From NCBI GenBank assembly GCA_000092065.1, contig CP000589.1: a DNA stretch of 64,000 nt. One strand, given 5' to 3'. Positions 58,249 to 64,000 of the stretch are shown here, piece by piece. Origin of the DNA: Ostreococcus lucimarinus. Its lineage: Eukaryota. How positions within the stretch are numbered: position 1 is the stretch's first letter; every line of letters begins with the position of its first letter. A program made the position numbers and the translations under genes. The notes beneath the pieces were generated by a model. That model did not search any database. It was not told the DNA's origin and saw only the letters and a program-made list of their open reading frames with translations.

Positions 58249-59973
58249 TCATCGCTCCTTCTTACTCTCGTTTTCGGTCGCATCGTCCTTCTTACTCTCG
58301 TCTTCGGCGCCGGCGTCGGCGACGTAGCCGAATTCATTCGCGCGAGTTTCGTCGACGCGATAGACGCGTCTCTGATACAAGAATAAGAGGAAGATGACGT
58401 CGTCTCTGAAGACGGAAATGCGGTGAAGTGTGGGCATCTTGATGACGAAGGCGAATAAGTCGTCGATGATGGTGTTTAGGAACTTGTAGCCCATCTGTTT
58501 CCACGGCATAGCGGCGACGCTCTTGAGTTTGTAGTTGACGTACAGCTGAGGCGTCATGCTGATGAAACCAAAAGTATAGACAGCCCCGACGAGCGTACTC
58601 AGGACGAACGACCACCAACCTTTGTGTTCGTGCGTGCGCAGGCTGTACACGGCGTATACTCCCACGAGTGGATATAGCGCGTACGACAAATAGCGCATGG
58701 CGTCCGCGTCGTGTCGAGCGGTGTCGCTCTTGAGCGCGCTCGCCTTGTCGGCGACGCGAAGCCGCGGAAAGCGTCCGTCTCGATCAACAGAGACGTCCAT
58801 CGCGCGCGTCACCTTCCAAAACTCAATAACGACGCCCAAACCACTGGAAATAAGTATCATCCACGACGTTTCGTTGTCGCACAGGTACAAAAAGATGACG
58901 AGCTGACAAAAGGCGTTCAAAAGAACGCTTCGAGCGGACAATCCTTCGAGACTTTTGCGATTTCGCCAAAACTGCACGTCGTGTTTGAATGCAAAGAAAT
59001 CAAATATCGTGTGTAGCAAACTCACAACTGTCGTCACCGCGAGCAACGTCGGATTTCCTTCGAGAAACACGCGCTTCATGTTGTCCGCGTCGTGTTCTCC
59101 CGCCGCGCCGAACGCGCGTTGCGTCGACCACGTCTGCTCCATGGACTCTTCCATCTGCCAACGAAACTGAGAAATCGTCTCGAGGTTCAAGTTTATCTTC
59201 ATCTCGCGCGCGCTCGTTTCGTTCAGCTCGCGCAGATGGCTCTTGATGATCCAAAACTCGTTAAAATACACCGTGGGATAGTATCCCGACCGCCGCTCGT
59301 CCGAAAATCGCATTCGCCTCGCCAGGATGTCTGGAATCGTCGCCCCGCGATACGCCGCGAAATCATCCACCACGGTCAACGTCGCGTTGGGTTTATAATA
59401 CGCCTGATAATACTCCATCCCATCTTCCAACCCCTCCGTCCCGTCCTCGCGCGGCTCCGCCCGCGCCGAATCCTCGCCCAAGAGCTTCCTCCTTCGCGCG
59501 ACTCTTCGTCTTCGCCAAATCGTCGCGTCGAAAGACACTCGCAAAACGTCCCCATCGTCGTACCCCTCGTCCGCCGGATCCAGCGACGCGCCTAAACGCG
59601 AAACGATCGCGTGCAATTTCACGCTCACGTTTCTCGCCACCGCGTCCACGAGCGCGACCCCGAGATCCAACTCGACGTCGCGCGTCGCCGACGCCAGCGG
59701 CGCCGTCGTCCCCCACAGCGGCGTCTCCGCGTGAAAATTCACGCTCGACGCCTCGTAATCCTCCGCGAGCGCGTGCACGCGCACGTCAACGACTTCGTCC
59801 CGGCGCCACAGGTTCCGACAGACGTCCGCGTACGCCGTCGTCGTCGTCGTCGTCGTCGCGACGTCTTGGAACGCTTTCGGCGCGGAAACCGTCGTCAAGC
59901 TTCGCGTCAGGCGCACGGCGAAGCCGTACATCGCCGCGAGGCGCGCGATCTTGAGCGCGCTCTGCGCTCGCGA

Positions 59974-60007
<34 letters not shown>

Positions 60008-60018
60008 TCGGTCGACAT
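58249..60018 (-). CDS. CLPTM1: CLPTM1 (cleft lip and palate transmembrane protein 1) family membrane protein
   Basis: YYQAYYKPNATLTVVDD, YYPTVYFNEFW, MKRVFLEGNPTLLAVTTVVSLLHTIFDFFAFKHDVQFW, SARSVLLNAFCQLVIFLYLCDNETSWMIL are diagnostic CLPTM1 blocks. In-frame ATG at 60018. The C-terminus ends in an ESKK-repeat encoded by a 30-bp tandem repeat. Confidence 0.85.
58256..58315. repeat. 30-bp tandem repeat (x2) at the 3' end of the CLPTM1 CDS
   Basis: tccttcttactctcgttttcggtcgcatcg / tccttcttactctcgtcttcggcgccggcg. Encodes ESKKDDATENESKKER on the minus strand. Confidence 0.8.
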
Positions 60019-60039
60019 CGCGGCGCGGCGCGGCACACG

Positions 60040-60528
60040 ATGACGCCGCTCGAAGACGAAATCGCGTCGAGAATCGCGCGACAGCGCGCGCTGGCGCGCG
60101 CGAACGCCGCGGAGTTGGCGTGCGCGACGCTCGCGTTGACGCCGCGCGCGCGGCTGCGCGAGGCGCGGGCCGCGGCGGAAGAGATGGCGAACGCGTCGGC
60201 GGACGCGGCGACCGTTAGAGCGCGCGTTCGCGATTGGCGCGACGCGCAGAGGCGCGCCGAGGACGCGCGCGCGAAGGAAACGACGCGAGCGATGGACAGT
60301 GAACGACGCGCGCGCGCGCGGGAGGCGACGGTGGCGCGAGAGGCGCGAGAGACGAGGATCAGAGCGCGCGCGGCGTCGAAGGCGCGGCGACGCGCCGAAG
60401 CGGAGGCGGCGAACGCGCGAGCGGCGAACGCGCGAGCGACGAGTCGCGCGGCGAACGAGGCGATGATTTCGTTATTTCAGGTGCGCATCGCGACGCGCGA
60501 ATGGGTCGGTGAACGACGGAGGGACTGA
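60040..60528 (+). CDS. small Arg/Ala/Glu coiled-coil ORF (uncertain). A second ORF 60509..60898 follows in the next frame
   Basis: In-frame ATG (MTPLEDEIASRIARQRALARA). Composition is dominated by GC bias. The two ORFs could be one gene with a frameshift, or noise. Confidence 0.2.
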   Translation: MTPLEDEIASRIARQRALARANAAELACATLALTPRARLREARAAAEEMANASADAATVRARVRDWRDAQRRAEDARAKETTRAMDSERRARAREATVAREARETRIRARAASKARRRAEAEAANARAANARATSRAANEAMISLFQVRIATREWVGERRRD

Positions 60529-60985
60529 CGACGCGCTCGTTTCGTTTGGTTCGCGCGCGAGGCAGGCTCGAGACGCGCAAACGGTACGACGACGCCGCGA
60601 CGCCATCGCGGCGTTAGACGTGGAAATAGCCGAGCGCGAATTGCGATTGGAAACTGCGACGGCGCGCGCGCGCCCGTTCGTGCACCGCTCGAGAGAACGC
60701 TTGTCGAGTTGGACGGAGGCCGCCGCGCGCCGTTTCGTGGCGACGACGCTCGAGCGCGAGCGCGTCGAGGATCTCGACGTTTTCGCGCGCGCCGCGCGTC
60801 AGGGGTGGGTCTTAGACGCGCACAAGTACCGTCGCACCGCGCCGCGTTGGCGCGTGTTAGATCCTCGATGCGGCGGCGTCGTCATTCGCGAGTATTAAGT
60901 CGCGCGTCTGGGTAGTTAGAGTAGCTCGTCCCGAACAACAGTCGTTGATCGTCCGACTTCAGACGCCGCCTCTCGCCTCGCCACG

Positions 60986-63820
60986 ATGCGCGCGAACCGC
61001 GACCGCGCGTTTCACGGCATACACTCCGACGCCACCGTCGCCGGAAGCGACGGCGCCGCGCCGCGTCGTCGCGACGAGCGCGAGCTCACCGAGCTCGACG
61101 TCTTCGGGACGCTCAAGGAAAAGCACCACAAAAACACCGTGAAAACGATGCGCGCGATGTACGCGGACGTCCGCGAGCGACGGCGAAGGGCGATGGAAGA
61201 TTTAACGCCGCTCCAACGCCGGGCGCGGGCGAGCGGAGGCGTGAATCCGTTCGATTGGTCGGATGGACACGTGGGACACTTTTACGAGTTCATGGTGGCG
61301 GAGAACGCGGCGAGCGAACGAGGAGCGAAGTCGCGCGCCATGGTGTTCGAGAGACAGGATGAGTCGGGACAAAACGTGGTGGAGGAATTATTCGATAGTT
61401 TTAGGGCGGACTACGCGGATCGGTGGCGGGCGGAGGTGGTGTGCGGGATCGACGCGAGCGCGGGGGCGTGCGAGCGGTATAGGGACGCCGCGGCGGAGGC
61501 GTGCGAAGCGTTGCTGGGAGACGACGACGCACGAGAGATGGGGGCGTGCGAGACGTATTTGCACACGTATGGGATCGTGCACGAGCATTGGCACGTGGAA
61601 GATTACGTGCAGGCCAGGAATACGTTGGGATACTCAAAGCCAAAGATGGAGGCGCCAAAGCGATATCCGGCGAATTTGTGGGGAGACTCGGTCTTGGCGC
61701 GCTCGAGAAACGGGGAATGTTCGGCCTGTAGTACTCAAGTGATCACTCTTCAAGGATATGTCGACGTGGATGTGGGGACGACCTATTCTTTAGGCGCCGA
61801 GCGAGAGGACAAGTGGGTGTTCGACGCCGAGCGATGGGCGCACGACGTACCAATGACAAAGTTCAAAATTGCGAAGACGTGTTGCACGAACGCGCAATTC
61901 GCGTGCTTTGTCGAAACAGGAGGTTATGCCGACAGAAGTCTTTGGAGTCACGAAGGGTGGCGATGGGTGGAAAAACGACGCGCCGCGGGTGAATTGTTGG
62001 CGCCTCTCGGTTGGAAAGTGTCGCCGTGCGTGAAATTCTTAAGCAACGGCGAAGAAGCACCCGCGTGTGAGAGTTGGCGATGTGCGTACTTTGATGAAGC
62101 GCCACGCGCACTACATCCGCAGCACCCTGTGTGCCACGTGTCGTGGTACGAAGCCGAGGCGTATTGTAACTGGATTGGCGCACGTTTACCGACTGAGGCG
62201 GAATGGGAAGCAGCCGCGAGAACGACGACGAGTTGGTCGACGGACAAACAAACCACAAAGCGTCGCACGTATCCGTGGGGTGAAGAATCTCCTTCAGAAG
62301 ACAAAGCAAATCTTGGTGGACACTTTGGAGGTACTATTGATGTCAGTGCTTTGGGTGCGGGCGATAGCGCGCACGGTTGCCGACAGATGTTGGGCAACGT
62401 TTGGGAATGGACGGCGTCGGCTTTCCTGCCTTTTCCCGGTTTTCAAATGGACTACCCGTATCGCGAAAACAGCTGTCCGTGGTTTGGGTATAGAAAAGTC
62501 GTCAAAGGCGGGTGTTGGGCGACGAGCGCGCCCATCGCGCGTGCGGCATATAGACACTCGTTTTGGCCGCACATGCACAACACGTTCAGTGGATTTCGCG
62601 CCGCTATCGGTGGCTCGCAAAAGCGCGCGCTTTGCATTCTTCCGCAAAAAATACAGAGCGGCGCAAAATGTGGCAACGTGGTCACGATGGAAAGAATTTC
62701 TTCGCATCTCGAGAAGAATCACATCATGAGCATCACGCGTTCGATTTTTGATCTGCCGCAGTCAAAGGAGGATTTGGCGAACATAATACACGCGATGAAC
62801 GTCGATTTGATCATCGTCTTGCACGCTTTCAAGTGCGGTGCCGTGATCGATACCGTACAGGCATATAAAGACATGCTCCCGCCTATCGTTCTAGTGCTCG
62901 GCGGCACCGACGTCAACGTGGATTCTCGAAAGTCTGCGCTCGCTGAGGAACAATTTCGCCGACGCGTTGACGTCGCGACAAAAGTTGTCTCGTTTTCCTT
63001 GTCCATGATAGAAGCCGCACCCAAAGGTGCGTTGAAATTTATCGAGTCGGACTCGACATCTAAAACCAAACTGATACCGCAAGGAGTCATGCTCCCGAGC
63101 ACGTTGAAGGCTTCAAAGCGCAAAAGGCTTGCAGATGAAACTGTGGAAACACCCGGCGAGCTTCAAGGCACCTCGCGGCCTGCGGACCTATCGATACCGA
63201 TCATGTTCCTACCTGCGGGATTACGCCCAGTCAAGGACGTGTGCTTCATAAACGACGCATTGACTGCGTATAACTCAAATGGAATCAAAGCACATCTGAC
63301 TGTGTGCGGCCCTTTCCTCGATTCGGCGTACGCGAAACGCGTGCGATGTCAGTTTGACGGTCGTTCCGATTGTACCTTGCTAGCAGGTGTCGATCGCGCG
63401 ACGCTTGTAAGGTTCATCGGCGAGGCGAAAGTTTTGTTGAACACCTCGGTATCGGAAGGTCAAAGCGGAACCATCGCTGAAGCGATGATGGTGGGGACTT
63501 TAGTCTTCGCGCGAGATATTCCAGGCAATCGTCAGCTCTTTGAGTTGTGCGAAGCGAGAGCGCTCGCAGCACTCGGTCCTGCGACGATAAAGGAGATGAA
63601 GGGCGATGGATGGGAGGTTCACCCGGTGGGAGTACTATTCTCGACTCCAGAGGGTTGCATGCGCGCTTTCGAAGCATTAGGTCTCGAAAGAGAGTCGACC
63701 GAAGACGTGGATGTATCGTTGATTAGACTCCGCGCGCGCGAAGGCGTCGCCGAACTGTCATTGAACGAAGCGAAGCGTTGGACGGAAATTTTAGACGAAA
63801 TCACCGCGCACGGTTCATGA
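60986..63820 (+). CDS. fusion protein: DinB-like/FGE-sulfatase (EgtB/OvoA/SUMF-like) domain plus C-terminal GT4-like glycosyltransferase domain
   Basis: ATG verified. The middle region (HPVCHVSWYEAEAYCNWIGARLPTEAEWEAAAR...YPWGEE...MLGNVWEWTASAF...KVVKGGCWATSAPIARAAYRHSFWPHMHNTFSGFR) is a complete FGE-sulfatase/C-type-lectin-like fold. The upstream HEHWHVEDY His cluster suggests a DinB-like metal site. The C-terminal 350 aa end in SEGQSGTIAEAMMVGTLVFARDIPGNRQL, a GT-B donor-binding motif. Confidence 0.65.
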   Translation: MRANRDRAFHGIHSDATVAGSDGAAPRRRDERELTELDVFGTLKEKHHKNTVKTMRAMYADVRERRRRAMEDLTPLQRRARASGGVNPFDWSDGHVGHFYEFMVAENAASERGAKSRAMVFERQDESGQNVVEELFDSFRADYADRWRAEVVCGIDASAGACERYRDAAAEACEALLGDDDAREMGACETYLHTYGIVHEHWHVEDYVQARNTLGYSKPKMEAPKRYPANLWGDSVLARSRNGECSACSTQVITLQGYVDVDVGTTYSLGAEREDKWVFDAERWAHDVPMTKFKIAKTCCTNAQFACFVETGGYADRSLWSHEGWRWVEKRRAAGELLAPLGWKVSPCVKFLSNGEEAPACESWRCAYFDEAPRALHPQHPVCHVSWYEAEAYCNWIGARLPTEAEWEAAARTTTSWSTDKQTTKRRTYPWGEESPSEDKANLGGHFGGTIDVSALGAGDSAHGCRQMLGNVWEWTASAFLPFPGFQMDYPYRENSCPWFGYRKVVKGGCWATSAPIARAAYRHSFWPHMHNTFSGFRAAIGGSQKRALCILPQKIQSGAKCGNVVTMERISSHLEKNHIMSITRSIFDLPQSKEDLANIIHAMNVDLIIVLHAFKCGAVIDTVQAYKDMLPPIVLVLGGTDVNVDSRKSALAEEQFRRRVDVATKVVSFSLSMIEAAPKGALKFIESDSTSKTKLIPQGVMLPSTLKASKRKRLADETVETPGELQGTSRPADLSIPIMFLPAGLRPVKDVCFINDALTAYNSNGIKAHLTVCGPFLDSAYAKRVRCQFDGRSDCTLLAGVDRATLVRFIGEAKVLLNTSVSEGQSGTIAEAMMVGTLVFARDIPGNRQLFELCEARALAALGPATIKEMKGDGWEVHPVGVLFSTPEGCMRAFEALGLERESTEDVDVSLIRLRAREGVAELSLNEAKRWTEILDEITAHGS

Positions 63821-64000
63821 AGTAACTTATCATTTATTATTTCACGTATTATTTCCTCACCTAGTGCATCGCCGCGGCTAAGCAACCGAAGTTCACGACC
63901 GCCATTTCGTATTATTCGTTCGCTGACTATTTCTCTCTTCAGAGATGGTGCTCCTGCTGGCTCTTTCGCCTCTGAAACGACGCGAGAATATCCAGTTTTG

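Noticed and set aside
1-64000. Interpretation as a prokaryotic or viral island, operon, or defence system (which the task framing hints at)
   Set aside because: Gene content is unambiguously eukaryotic (Vps18, DET1, CLPTM1, COMMD, DHHC, dynamin, FARSA, NADSYN1, CABIN1-like). Genes alternate strands individually with their own ATG starts and signal/transit peptides. There are no Shine-Dalgarno-linked co-directional clusters, and no CRISPR repeats, integrase, toxin-antitoxin or restriction-modification signatures.

Overview
This 64-kb window looks like nuclear DNA from a very GC-rich (~65-70%), extremely gene-dense eukaryote with few or no introns. About 35 protein genes alternate strands, with intergenic spacers of roughly 40-400 bp. 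This is not a prokaryotic operon or defence island. The products are typical eukaryotic housekeeping, trafficking and signalling proteins: a Vps18/Pep3-like HOPS subunit, a DEAD-box helicase with an RGG tail, cytosolic PheRS-alpha, FPGS, NAD synthetase, a DHHC palmitoyltransferase, DET1, a CABIN1/Hir3-like giant TPR protein, CLPTM1, a COMM-domain protein, a dynamin-like GTPase, a MORN-filamin protein and an MFS sugar porter. A HAD-fibrillin (plastid lipid-associated) protein and the amino-acid biases point to a photosynthetic picoeukaryote or marine alga (a Mamiellophyceae- or pelagophyte-like genome is a plausible but unproven guess). The most notable signal is a methionine sulfoxide reductase A gene whose catalytic Cys codon of the GCFWG motif is an in-frame TGA. 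That is a selenocysteine-containing MsrA. An ATGA...AAA...TGAT SECIS-like core lies in its 3' UTR, and a probable O-phosphoseryl-tRNA(Sec) kinase (PSTK) gene sits ~30 kb away. Other points of interest are a viral-type YqaJ exonuclease gene, two unusual domain fusions (HAD+fibrillin, and DinB/FGE-sulfatase+GT4), recurrent ~40-bp convergent 3' spacers carrying TGTA motifs, ultra-short bidirectional promoters, a pure CpG-alternating island, and several tandem repeats. Coordinates follow the supplied ORF frames. My own base indexing may be off by ±1 in places.
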